DNA of 64,000 nucleotides from a plasmid: sequence record NZ_CP017043.1; one strand, 5' to 3'. Shown piece by piece: positions 55,538 to 64,000 of this stretch (position 1 is its first letter; each line of letters starts with the position of its first letter). The notes under the pieces were generated by a model. It saw only the letters and a program-made list of their open reading frames with translations, ran no database searches and was not told where the DNA came from. The position numbers and the translations under genes were made by a program.

Positions 55538-57490
55538 TCATGTACCCGGCAAGAACTTGAAGCCATTGCTTGTGCAAAATTGCTTGATAATCAGCTGCGA
55601 CAGCTTATCTCCCATGTATACGAACAGGATGCAGATCATGGCCAGTTTCAGCAGTATAACGATCTGCAGGGTGTGCTGCGTCTTCTGGATGGAATCCGAG
55701 GCTGTAACGACTTTTTTCCAATATCCCCCGCTGCGGTCGCCGTTCCATGCTCCGGCAGCCTTTTCCCAGCTCCCGTTTGCATCAAACAGTTCGAGCAGAT
55801 GATGCTTCGCAACGGCTGTCTGTACGTTCTCAGGCCAAGGAGTAGTCGCTGGAGGGAATTTGTCTTCCCATGATCCGCTGTACGGTTTGGACTGATAACC
55901 GGGACTTGCCCACGCCTCTGAATCGTCGCCCCAGGGCATAGGCGGCGGCTCGAAGCCGGCGCGCTGACACCATACATCCCAGTATTCATAACTGATCTGA
56001 TATGCGCCGTATCCCCATCCATCCTGCGAGGGTGTCTGAAACGGATGCTCCTGCCCGCCGGTCTCTACGCGGCGAATTGCCTCGACAACCATATCAATGC
56101 CATCTCGGCCGCCGAAGTTGCCGTTGGGATTGCCGACAGCCTCCTGAATCGGAACCGTCTTTACGCGGATCAGATCATCTACCACCATTGTTGTCATAAC
56201 GGACTGCAGCATGGCCGCAAAGAAACAGAAGAAAAAGAGCTTTATGGATGCGCTGAAAATCCCGTTCATTCCATTTTCTGCATAGCGCCGCGACCATTTA
56301 ACACCGGCAAACATAAAGTTGGCAAAACTGAACACGGCAATGAGGTAGAACTCGAGATATGCCATGATAATCTCAAGGGCAAAGAGGACGAACGATCCAA
56401 AAATGATGATGAGGAAAATGACTGCAACAGCACCGGAGGCAATCTTGGCCAGCCAGTCCAGTCCTCCTGCATCGGTTTCATTCAGCACGGTGAATATCGG
56501 CTCGATGATCTGCGCGCCCTTTGTAACAAGTGACGTTGGATCAACAAGCATCTGTTTTGTCTGCGCTATATCCAGACCGCTGGTTGACGCTCCGAAGCTG
56601 ACAAACAGATCTCTCGTTCCGTTGATAATGAAGCCGCCCCAAGCCGTAATGACGTAGAAAAGCATCACATACACCAATATCTTCAGCGTCAGCAGCTTGA
56701 AAATGCTGAAATTCGGATCTTGCCCCTTTTCGCGGTCTACCGCAATCAAAAGATACGTCATGGCAAGGTCTATTGTCATCAGGATTGCGATTGTGTATTT
56801 GATGATTCCTTTGAGAAGATCAACTGCTTTCGTACAGGCCAAAGCGACTGTATCAATCGCTTTTTTAACCGGATCCATAAAGGCAAAGGCCGCATCCCAG
56901 ACCATGCCCTTACTCTTTCGGCTCATATCAAGTCCTTCTACCGTCGCATTTGCAGGGAGCCACGGAGCATAGGGGTGATAAAGCGCAGGACTAATAGGAG
57001 AATCGTTGATGCGCACCTCAAAATGCAAATGGGATCCGCGTGATACAGCTGTTTCTTCCGGTCCAGAATAACCAATCAACTGCCCACGTCGTACGTGATT
57101 TTCTACACTCTGCATAATTGCACGGGCTGGAAGAAAGCCGTCATTCGGATCTAAATCACCATACCATGTTTCAAACTTACTTCCATCTGGCGCGGTATGT
57201 TCGATAACCACAAATCCATCAAAAGAAGAGTCATTTTTTGCAAGAATGACCGTTCCGTCCGCAACAGCATAAATGGGTTCATGTACTTCAGTACCGATGT
57301 CTATACCGTTATGCGGCTGTACTCTACCAGTAATAGGGTGCGTACGGCGCGGGTTGAAAGGACTTGACACGATGATTTCATGTCCGTGCAGCGGCGCATC
57401 CATCATCACAAGACTAGAAGCGCATACCAGCGACGCATATCCTTGTAAAAACAACACAATCAATAACAGGAAAAAGTATTTTGATCTCAT
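55538..57490 (-). CDS. M23 peptidase fused to VirB6-like polytopic membrane domain and C-terminal globular domain (650 aa from MRSKYFF)
   Basis: Signal peptide. Motifs HNGIDIGTEVHEPI and GSHLHFEV (M23). Six or more TM helices follow, then a Trp/Tyr-rich C-terminal domain (GWGYGAYQISYEYWDVWC). Confidence 0.6.
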   Translation of the reverse strand: MRSKYFFLLLIVLFLQGYASLVCASSLVMMDAPLHGHEIIVSSPFNPRRTHPITGRVQPHNGIDIGTEVHEPIYAVADGTVILAKNDSSFDGFVVIEHTAPDGSKFETWYGDLDPNDGFLPARAIMQSVENHVRRGQLIGYSGPEETAVSRGSHLHFEVRINDSPISPALYHPYAPWLPANATVEGLDMSRKSKGMVWDAAFAFMDPVKKAIDTVALACTKAVDLLKGIIKYTIAILMTIDLAMTYLLIAVDREKGQDPNFSIFKLLTLKILVYVMLFYVITAWGGFIINGTRDLFVSFGASTSGLDIAQTKQMLVDPTSLVTKGAQIIEPIFTVLNETDAGGLDWLAKIASGAVAVIFLIIIFGSFVLFALEIIMAYLEFYLIAVFSFANFMFAGVKWSRRYAENGMNGIFSASIKLFFFCFFAAMLQSVMTTMVVDDLIRVKTVPIQEAVGNPNGNFGGRDGIDMVVEAIRRVETGGQEHPFQTPSQDGWGYGAYQISYEYWDVWCQRAGFEPPPMPWGDDSEAWASPGYQSKPYSGSWEDKFPPATTPWPENVQTAVAKHHLLELFDANGSWEKAAGAWNGDRSGGYWKKVVTASDSIQKTQHTLQIVILLKLAMICILFVYMGDKLSQLIIKQFCTSNGFKFLPGT

Positions 57491-57543
57491 GCCCGCAATC
57501 CTCTCGTAATTATATGCTCCTATCCTACCGCGAAATATCTGCT

Positions 57544-57564
57544 TAAAATTCCTATCATTTGTCA
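57544..57564 (-). promoter_or_regulatory. Conserved upstream motif instance (M23/VirB6-like gene) plus palindrome GCAACTAAATATAGTTGC at 57575-57592
   Basis: aaaaTTCCTATCATTTGTCA. On the minus strand TATAAT lies ~36 nt downstream. The palindrome also occurs at 6311-6328 (GCAACTATATTTAGTTAC). Confidence 0.45.
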
Positions 57565-57638
57565 CTCAGAAATGGCAACTAAATATAGTTGCTTAATTGA
57601 AAAAAATCCTGTAAAATAAAAAAGGATGGAGGTGGGCG

Positions 57639-58001
57639 ATGAAGAATATTCTACGGTACAAGGAATACATCGGATCTGTGGAGATCTCCGAGGCAGAGGG
57701 CTTCCTCTATGGCAGGGTTCTCGGCATACAGGAGAAAATCGACTATCAGGCAGTCAGAGCCGATGAGCTGGTCAAACATTTTCATCAAGCGGTTGATATG
57801 TACCTTGACCGATGCAGAAAAGACGGCGTTTCTCCGGAAATCCCCTACAAGGGCAGCTTCAATGTTCGCATTGCCCCTGCGCTGCATCGCAGACTTGCCG
57901 TCCATGCAGTGCAAAATGGCGTAAACCTCAACCGCCTGGTCGAGACGATCCTCGCCTCCTACGAGCCTCTCTATGCTCCGGAAAAGGACGTGTTATCATG
58001 A
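57639..58001 (+). CDS. HicB-family antitoxin-like protein (120 aa)
   Basis: YKEYIGSVEISEAEGFLYGRVLGIQEKIDYQA...YLDRCRKDGVSPEIPYKGSFNVRIAPALHRRLAVHAVQNGVNLNRLVETIL matches the HicB/DUF1902 plus RHH-like pattern. The TGA stop overlaps the ATG of the kinase. Confidence 0.6.
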   Translation: MKNILRYKEYIGSVEISEAEGFLYGRVLGIQEKIDYQAVRADELVKHFHQAVDMYLDRCRKDGVSPEIPYKGSFNVRIAPALHRRLAVHAVQNGVNLNRLVETILASYEPLYAPEKDVLS

Positions 58002-59152
58002 AGATTACGCTGATGAACAAAAACACGCCCCTCATGTCGCTTGACATCGACATCAAGACCAGCTACGTCAAAGAGATTTTGAAAATCCACAACGCAGAGC
58101 CCATGCCGATCTCCGTATACAGCGACGATGAGACAACGCTCGGCGAGAATTTTACGCAGTGGTGGAACGGCCGCAGCATTCCCGCCTCCAGGCGTCAGCT
58201 GCGCGAGCGGCTGCAGGAGCTGCATGTGTCGGCGATGGCAGAGATCATCAACAAATCCTTCGGTCTCAGTCTCTCCGATCAGTATTGGATCAAGCCGCTC
58301 GGAACGGACATTGCGTGGAAGGACATCAACTTCTTTACAAACGAGTTCTCCACGGACATGGGCGAGTTTCTCATTGACAACAGGTTCAACGGGGAGCTTG
58401 ATATGCACTCGCCCGACAACACCTCCGACGGCCTGATCCAGAAGAAATGGATCATCGAGGACGGAATCCGCTGCCTGATGAAGACAGGGACTCCCCCGTT
58501 TGTCCAGGAACCGTTCAACGAAGTGATCGGCTCGCGCATCCTTGCCTGTATGTCTGTCCCCTATGCAGCATATACACTGGCAGAGGACGATCAGAGGTTT
58601 TACAGCAAGTGCAGCAACTTCATTGACGAAGATCATGAGTATGTCTCTGCATACTATCTCTGCAAGTCCATGCCCCCCAAGGAGGGCATGGAAAAGGAAG
58701 AGCAGCTCAGGCAAGCGATGGAGCACCATCAGATACGCGACGGCGAAGTCTTTATTCAGCAAATGCTCTGCCTTGACTTCATCATTATGAATGTGGACAG
58801 GCATTGGGGAAACTTCGGCTTCATCCGCAACGTCAATACGCTGAAGGTTGAACGTCCTGCGCCGATCTTCGACAACGGGAACAGCCTCTGGTATGATATG
58901 GCGCATATTCCGGAGCACTTCGATCAGGCGAAGACCTTTCGGAAGAAGCATAGAACGCAGATCAAACTCGTAAGGGACTTCTCCGGCATCGACTTTGCTG
59001 CGCTGGAGAGTGTTCCGGCACAGGCGCAGGAGATTTTGCGGGCGAATCCGAATCTGCCGGGCGACCGCGCAGAAAAAATCGCGCAGCGCATACAGGAACG
59101 CATCCAGATGCTTGCGCGGATCAGGGAACAAAAGAGGGATTCTTTTGTATGA
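57998..59152 (+). CDS. HipA-like Ser/Thr kinase, full-length type (384 aa)
   Basis: NVDRHWGNFGF (catalytic loop) and IFDNGNSL (DxG/Mg-binding), with an N-terminal HipA-like subdomain. Confidence 0.7.
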   Translation: MKITLMNKNTPLMSLDIDIKTSYVKEILKIHNAEPMPISVYSDDETTLGENFTQWWNGRSIPASRRQLRERLQELHVSAMAEIINKSFGLSLSDQYWIKPLGTDIAWKDINFFTNEFSTDMGEFLIDNRFNGELDMHSPDNTSDGLIQKKWIIEDGIRCLMKTGTPPFVQEPFNEVIGSRILACMSVPYAAYTLAEDDQRFYSKCSNFIDEDHEYVSAYYLCKSMPPKEGMEKEEQLRQAMEHHQIRDGEVFIQQMLCLDFIIMNVDRHWGNFGFIRNVNTLKVERPAPIFDNGNSLWYDMAHIPEHFDQAKTFRKKHRTQIKLVRDFSGIDFAALESVPAQAQEILRANPNLPGDRAEKIAQRIQERIQMLARIREQKRDSFV

Positions 59153-59553
59153 TAAGGAGAGTGATTCATGTGGGAATCCTATCTTCACTAAACACTTGGA
59201 TTGACGAAGGTGCAAAGGAGCAAGAAAGAATTCGTATTGCAAGGCGTGAAGAAAAAAAGAAAAAAATCGACGAATTTGTCCATAAGGAGTATACTGGAAA
59301 AGTTTTTGGAACAAAGCCCTTAATGGACTTGTTTGGAACACACAACCTTGATGAAGCTTTCAAAGGGAACGCCCCCTTGCTTACAATGATGTTGGAGGAG
59401 ATATATCTAAATCAAAAACAAGTATCACGTATGCAAGAATTAGAAGGACGGTATGCGGAGCTCAAAGAACGCTATGATGAACTGAAAAAAGAGTATGATA
59501 AACAAAACGAGCTGATTGCAGAAATCGCCAAAAAATCTGCGCTAACAAGATAA
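59149..59553 (+). CDS. Hypothetical coiled-coil protein (134 aa), third gene of the kinase operon
   Basis: ATGA overlap with the kinase stop. K/E-rich helices. Confidence 0.45.
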   Translation: MIRRVIHVGILSSLNTWIDEGAKEQERIRIARREEKKKKIDEFVHKEYTGKVFGTKPLMDLFGTHNLDEAFKGNAPLLTMMLEEIYLNQKQVSRMQELEGRYAELKERYDELKKEYDKQNELIAEIAKKSALTR

Positions 59554-59555
59554 AT

Positions 59556-59600
59556 AAGGCTTCTCGATCCTATATGCGGATTGAGAAGCCTTATTTTATT
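59556..59600. terminator. Bidirectional intrinsic terminator
   Basis: aataAGGCTTCTCgatcctatatgcggattGAGAAGCCTtatttta. Confidence 0.65.
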
Positions 59601-61290
59601 TGATGGGTGAGTATTTTGAAATATCTCTTGCCACATCCTTTGCAACAGAGGCTACATTATGTGCTCCTGTTGCAATGCCTTTACCTATATTTTGTGCGCC
59701 TGTTTTAATCCCCATCGCGCCATTCATCATCATGCCAGTAGCGGTTGCCCCACCTGCGCCACCAAATATTTTTTGGGCACTTTCTTTTCCAGCATTAACA
59801 GCTCGTCCGACAAAATTCCCCTCACTTGCATATTTAGAAAGCCCTTGACCTGCTGCACTCATCATCATGCCAGCTCCACTATTCATTGCACTTGCGCCAG
59901 CACGAGCCAGTCCGGCAATTCCGCCGCCGCCTTGAGCATATCCCCCTGCTGCAGCCTGTGCCATGTTTCCTGCAACGCTCGCGCCGCCGGATGCGACGGC
60001 TGCACCTGCGGCAACTGCGGTCGATGTCACATTCTTCGCGGTCTGTGTCATGCTTGCACTGGAGAGCGATGGAGAACCGCTGAGAAGCCCCTGCACGAGC
60101 TCCGGGATCTTTTTGATGAGAAGGTAGAGCAGGAAGCTCACCACCACCATCTGGATCAGCACCGGCATATTGCCGATGATGCCCCCGGAGCTTTCATCCG
60201 TGGCGATCTTGGCAAACTCCTCACAGTAATCTGTGAGGATCTTGCTGGTCATGGCCGCCAGGAATGAAATGACCGATACTTTGACGGCCAGATTAAACAT
60301 CGCACCCAGCGCCCGTTCAAAGAGAAATTTTGTCTGTGGAAGCGCAACAAAGGGGATCAGCGGAATAGTAATCATGGCCATCGTAAAAAACTCGATCTTC
60401 GCCATGAGAAGCTCAAGACCTGCAAGAAGGAGCAGGATGAACATGACAACCAAACAGAGTATGGTCACAAGGGAAGAAATCGGTGACCAGATGGAAAAAG
60501 CCTTTTCTGCTGCGCCATAACCGAGCGAGAACATCGCCACGGCGTTTTCGATGAGAGAGTTGCCGCGCACGCCATCGGTCGAAGTATATCCCCCAGCATG
60601 ATAACCGAGGGATTCAAACCCGTTGCACAGACTGCCCATGATGTCGATTCCGTGACCGTACCAGTTCAGGATAAGGAAGAGGTAGAGCCCCGTCTCGAAG
60701 AGCGTCTGAACAAGGAATTTCATCTTGTCGCCGCTGATGAGATCCAGCGAGATTTTGATGGATGCTGAGATCGCAGTCAGGACGATGAGCAGCTTGCCCG
60801 CAATCGGGATGATAGCGACAGCCCCGGATTTCGTATAATCAATATATGTCCTAGTGAAGGGCTGCAGGAAATCATACCATTTACTGTTTTTGTCCGCATC
60901 GACGTGCATTTTATACTCGAATGCCGCCTGATCGCCGCCGGCGCCAACGTATCCGCCGTATGCGGCCATGAGGACGGTGCCGAAGTTCAGCGCAAGGCCG
61001 ATGCCGAGGATAATATTCCACGTTGTCTTATTCGCAGATTCGACATTGAAGACGATCATGAGACCTGCGAGGGCGATCATGATGGTTGAAATAATCCGCG
61101 CGACCACAAACATTCCGTTGGTGATGGTCGTGAGATTGTTCTGAAAGGAACCGTCTCCCGCTTTCAGCCCTATATCTGAGCTGAACGCTGCATATGCCGT
61201 AGAACTATCAGCAAACAGGAAAATGGCGAGCATGAGCGCGGCACCGATCGGCAGATAGGAATATAACGCTCCAATCCTTTGATTCATCAT
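59596..61290 (-). CDS. VirB6/TrbL-family polytopic T4SS protein with Gly/Ala-rich C-terminal tail (564 aa)
   Basis: Multiple TM helices. The C-terminal ~170 aa are low-complexity G/A/M-rich, as in TrbL. Confidence 0.65.
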   Translation of the reverse strand: MMNQRIGALYSYLPIGAALMLAIFLFADSSTAYAAFSSDIGLKAGDGSFQNNLTTITNGMFVVARIISTIMIALAGLMIVFNVESANKTTWNIILGIGLALNFGTVLMAAYGGYVGAGGDQAAFEYKMHVDADKNSKWYDFLQPFTRTYIDYTKSGAVAIIPIAGKLLIVLTAISASIKISLDLISGDKMKFLVQTLFETGLYLFLILNWYGHGIDIMGSLCNGFESLGYHAGGYTSTDGVRGNSLIENAVAMFSLGYGAAEKAFSIWSPISSLVTILCLVVMFILLLLAGLELLMAKIEFFTMAMITIPLIPFVALPQTKFLFERALGAMFNLAVKVSVISFLAAMTSKILTDYCEEFAKIATDESSGGIIGNMPVLIQMVVVSFLLYLLIKKIPELVQGLLSGSPSLSSASMTQTAKNVTSTAVAAGAAVASGGASVAGNMAQAAAGGYAQGGGGIAGLARAGASAMNSGAGMMMSAAGQGLSKYASEGNFVGRAVNAGKESAQKIFGGAGGATATGMMMNGAMGIKTGAQNIGKGIATGAHNVASVAKDVARDISKYSPIK

Positions 61291-61301
61291 TCACGCTCCC
61301 G

Positions 61302-62096
61302 TCATTTTTTAGACTTGATGCTGTCAAGAGCAGCCTGTCCGGCAGCAATATTCCGCGCAGAGGATTTCTGCTGATTGGCCTCCACTGTTGCCCGGCGAAT
61401 GTTCTCCGCCTGATAGTGTGCTGCTTCGGCAGCAACGGCATTGCTATACATCTTGGTCATCTGCAGCAGCGCCATCACGCTATTTGCGTTGATCGCATTG
61501 CCCGCCTGCATGACCTGCATGGTTCCCTCCGCCTTGTTGGAGTTCTCCAGCGCCGTCTGCGTGGCCTTGGCGATTTCCATATTGCTCTGCTGCGTATTCT
61601 GCGCAGACTTCGCCGCATCCTTGAATGTGTCGCTGAGGGTCTCCTGACGCCGGCGCTCATTCATAATGCCGTCATACACTGTGGTATTGCCGTTGATGAT
61701 GGACTGCAGGTCGCCGATACGGTCACGCCATGCGGCATCCAGCGGATCTGCGTTGGGGTTCTTCGTTGCATTGCTCCATATATGTCCAAGGACGCCGTTC
61801 TGTCCCATTTTCTCATCCAGCATCTGTTTCTGTTGCCCAAGCTGGCTATCGACGATTTTCTGAATCTCTGCGGGACCGATTTTCTTGGCGTTGAGGATCA
61901 TCAGCGCCAGCTCCTTTTCCTGCGTCGTGAGAATCTTCGCCGTCTGGATGGCTGTCTTGATCGCTTCCTCGATGTTCTTCTGGTCGATGACGGCGATCGC
62001 AGCTTCGGATCGGTGACTGGATGGAATCATGGCGAGAAAAGAGGCAGCAATGCCGAATGCAACGCCGACAGCCACCGCAGCTTTTTGGGATTTCAT
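61302..62096 (-). CDS. VirB5/TrbJ-like secreted helical T4SS protein (264 aa)
   Basis: Signal peptide (AVAVGVAFGIAASFLAMIPSSHRSEA). Q/A/N-rich helices. Position is upstream of trbL. Confidence 0.5.
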   Translation of the reverse strand: MKSQKAAVAVGVAFGIAASFLAMIPSSHRSEAAIAVIDQKNIEEAIKTAIQTAKILTTQEKELALMILNAKKIGPAEIQKIVDSQLGQQKQMLDEKMGQNGVLGHIWSNATKNPNADPLDAAWRDRIGDLQSIINGNTTVYDGIMNERRRQETLSDTFKDAAKSAQNTQQSNMEIAKATQTALENSNKAEGTMQVMQAGNAINANSVMALLQMTKMYSNAVAAEAAHYQAENIRRATVEANQQKSSARNIAAGQAALDSIKSKK

Positions 62097-62191
62097 AGGT
62101 CAAACACACTCCTTCTTTAGTTTAGTCTCCCCTAATGTATATCCTACCGAAAAAAATAGGCTCTGAATTCCGATGTTTTTTCAATTTCATC

Positions 62192-62590
62192 TTAATTTGG
62201 CAGTTCTTTGGTCATCTGGATCATCTTCCCCTGGTCGATGATGTAGAAGAACGGCTCGCGCATCAGAACGAAAATGCGTTCATGATCCGTGCCCTGGTCA
62301 ATGAACAGTCGATTCTCCTGCATCTCTACTGTATGCCCCTCTTCGTGCATGAGCTTCAGGAGATCCACCGTAGATGCAACGCTGTATTTCTCGATGAGCT
62401 GCTTGACCTGGATGGCATTCTTTGCCGAAAAATACAAGTTCATCGAAATGAACAGGAGCAACGCATTGCTCACAAGAAAAAGCTTTGCAAAGAGCCGCAG
62501 TCTTCCTGGAGACGGAGCGCAGTACGTATAGAGCAAACTCCAGAGAATAAAACAAAACAACGTGAATCCTGCCGTCTGTATGAGATCCAT
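62192..62590 (-). CDS. Small membrane protein (132 aa), possible entry-exclusion/TrbK-like
   Basis: Two or three N-terminal TM helices. Lies between the VirB1-like and VirB5-like genes. Confidence 0.35.
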   Translation of the reverse strand: MDLIQTAGFTLFCFILWSLLYTYCAPSPGRLRLFAKLFLVSNALLLFISMNLYFSAKNAIQVKQLIEKYSVASTVDLLKLMHEEGHTVEMQENRLFIDQGTDHERIFVLMREPFFYIIDQGKMIQMTKELPN

Positions 62591-62608
62591 GACATCCTCC
62601 CCCTCTTC

Positions 62609-63148
62609 CTAGTATTGACACATATTATATAAATTCATGTATGCCCGATGGACTTTGACAACGTAATCCCGCGTCTCTGCGTAGGGAGGAATACCTCCGT
62701 AGCGATAGACAGCCTCCGATCCCGCATTATAGGCAGCAACGGCCGTGGTCACGCCGTATTCGCCCCAGCCGCCAAAGTTGTCCAGTTGTGTGCGCAAATA
62801 GATCGTCCCGCCGATGACGTTGCCCAGGGGATCGTAGGGATTCACGCCGATGCTCGCTGCCGTGCCTGGCATAAGCTGCATGAGGCCGATCGCGCCGGCC
62901 GAGCTGCCAGCACCCATATAGAAATGGGATTCTGTCTCCATGACTGCTGTAATCAGGAGCGGATCGACGTCGTAGCTTGCAGAGGCATAAAGTACAGCTT
63001 TGGCGATCCAGTCACATTCCACTGGGTTTCCGTTGTAGTAGCTGGCATCGGAATAGATCACGCTGTATAGATCAGCCGCCTCGCCTCTCATCGGCAGCCA
63101 AAAGGTCAATGCAGCCACGCATACGAACAGAAGCTTGATATATTGCAT
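62609..63148 (-). CDS. VirB1-like lytic transglycosylase (SLT domain; start MQYIKLLFV, SD GGAGA)
   Basis: Signal peptide. The region ETESHF...GAIGLMQLMPGTAASIG contains the SLT catalytic Glu. The upstream 230 codons of the track ORF are frame junk. Confidence 0.75.
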   Translation of the reverse strand: MQYIKLLFVCVAALTFWLPMRGEAADLYSVIYSDASYYNGNPVECDWIAKAVLYASASYDVDPLLITAVMETESHFYMGAGSSAGAIGLMQLMPGTAASIGVNPYDPLGNVIGGTIYLRTQLDNFGGWGEYGVTTAVAAYNAGSEAVYRYGGIPPYAETRDYVVKVHRAYMNLYNMCQY

Positions 63149-63189
63149 ACAGTCTCCTTCCCTCTCCACGCTTTTTCTCTCAGTATATA

Positions 63190-63226
63190 TGCGTGCAAGG
63201 CGAGAAAATTCCGCTCTTTTGACAAA
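63190..63226 (-). terminator. Intrinsic terminator (9-bp stem GAACCTGCC/GGCAGGTTC plus T-run on the minus strand)
   Basis: aagaacctgcccttttcaggcaggttct, with the minus-strand tail TTTTTTG. Confidence 0.55.
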
Positions 63227-63260
63227 AAAGAACCTGCCCTTTTCAGGCAGGTTCTGTCGT

Positions 63261-63764
63261 TCAGCGTGCATATTCCGTATTTTTCGGTGTCCGTGGCCGC
63301 TGAGCACGCGGCGCATGGTGGGCTTTTTCAGCCATCCATTCGTCCATAACCTCGACGAATTTCCGAATGTCCGCCTCATGCAGCGGATAATAACTGCGGA
63401 CGATCTTCTCCATCGGCACAGCTTCGAGAATGGTCTCAAAGGGGATGTTCCGCAGCCATTGATAGTATGTGAGCGCCCATCCCGCCCAATACTCAGGGGA
63501 TTTTTCCGCATAGAGCGCCGGAGGCTGCGGCGGCTTCTCGATGTTGAGCTCCCAGAGGCAGTCCCATAAGAGCTCGCAGCCGGTTCTCCCTGCGACGTAG
63601 CGCGGATTTCCCTTACCGTACTGCTCGGCAACGCCGGAGTCCATAAAATATGCAGCAGCCTGGCCAATCGGGATATGGCAGGTATTGACAGCATAGTCAA
63701 ACATGTTGCCAAGATTCTCTTGTGCATCCAGGATATAGAGGTCTGAATAAGCCGTCGTCGCCAT
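63261..63764 (-). CDS. Hypothetical protein (167 aa)
   Basis: ORF with protein-like composition. Confidence 0.4.
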   Translation of the reverse strand: MATTAYSDLYILDAQENLGNMFDYAVNTCHIPIGQAAAYFMDSGVAEQYGKGNPRYVAGRTGCELLWDCLWELNIEKPPQPPALYAEKSPEYWAGWALTYYQWLRNIPFETILEAVPMEKIVRSYYPLHEADIRKFVEVMDEWMAEKAHHAPRAQRPRTPKNTEYAR

Positions 63765-63782
63765 AATTTCCTCCTCACGGCT

Positions 63783-64000
63783 CTACAAATGTTTTTCACG
63801 AGTATGACGCAAAAAACGCGGATGATCCCATGTCTTGACAAGCTCGGCCTTCAAAAAGAGTTTGAGCGGCTCCAGCTCCCCCTTTGTATCAAAGGCCTCC
63901 AAGGACTGATAGTAGAGGTTTTTATCCTCCTCGTGGATCACAATCGGAGGATGATTGTGCTGCAGCAGGAAATAGTTCATCGCCAAGCGCCCAGTGCGGC
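63783..64000 (-). CDS. Fic-domain protein, C-terminal part (gene continues beyond window end)
   Basis: HPPIVIHEEDKNLYYQSLEAFDTKGELEPLKLF matches the conserved stretch following the Fic motif (GyPPiiI..edR..Yy.aL...d..gd..pf). The frame is open to the window edge. Confidence 0.5.
   Translation of the reverse strand, partial: RTGRLAMNYFLLQHNHPPIVIHEEDKNLYYQSLEAFDTKGELEPLKLFLKAELVKTWDHPRFLRHTREKHL

Noticed and set aside
57812-57997. N-terminal extension of the HipA-like ORF (MQKRRRFSGN...)
   Set aside because: Overlaps the HicB-like gene in another frame. The kinase starts at the ATG overlapping the hicB-like stop (57998).
63149-63841. N-terminal 230 codons of the 410-aa track ORF 62609..63841
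   Set aside because: Arg/Ser-rich junk in a different frame from the real 167-aa gene. The genuine VirB1-like CDS starts at 63148 with SD and signal peptide.
1-64000. CRISPR arrays, rRNA/tRNA genes, IS elements with terminal inverted repeats
   Set aside because: No spaced repeat arrays, tRNA-like cloverleaf candidates or transposase ORFs were seen. The only long exact repeat is the 76-bp pair at 28849/30446.

Overview
The window looks like the backbone and cargo of a large conjugative element (plasmid or ICE, about 50 % GC, nearly all genes on the minus strand).

**Transfer machinery.** Every named T4SS gene is on the minus strand, and the set is split into two blocks.
- Block 1 (8.6-24.9 kb): VirB4 and a VirB4 N-domain-only paralog, VirB3, a TrbC/VirB2-like pilin, VirB11, a VirD4/TraG coupling protein, VirB10, VirB9, VirB8, several membrane proteins and a TraF-like S26 pilin peptidase.
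- Block 2 (54.6-63.1 kb): VirB1-like lytic transglycosylase, VirB5/TrbJ, VirB6/TrbL, and an M23 peptidase fused to a VirB6-like membrane protein.
- The VirB9-like outer-membrane component and the TraF/TrbC pair point to a diderm host.

**DNA processing and maintenance.**
- A giant N6-methyltransferase/SNF2 helicase gene runs off the 5' edge of the window.
- A MobA/MobL (MOBQ) relaxase sits with divergent TraC/TraD-like accessory genes and an oriT-like inverted-repeat region.
- Topoisomerase III, SSB and a ParM/ParR actin-type partition pair with a parC-like palindrome are present.
- A serine resolvase and a tyrosine integrase/Xis/Xre cluster are also present.

**Cargo of interest.**
- Two HipA-like kinase modules with unusual partners: a HicB-like antitoxin plus a 134-aa protein, and two tandem paralogous small proteins upstream of a HipT-like kinase core.
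- Two pentapeptide-repeat proteins.
- An Xre-controlled operon encoding a membrane protein, a DUF4406 (nucleoside 2-deoxyribosyltransferase-like) protein and a Walker-A-less VirD4 paralog.
- An HNH endonuclease plus radical-SAM cassette flanked by 76-bp direct repeats next to truncated C5-MTase and DUF4406 remnants.
- Tandem paralogous winged-helix proteins and an ArdC-like protein.

**Regulation.** A conserved ~18-bp motif (TTCYTRTCWTTTKTCA) recurs upstream of nine minus-strand operons, and a candidate small RNA lies in the regulator cluster.

No rRNA, tRNA or CRISPR array was seen.
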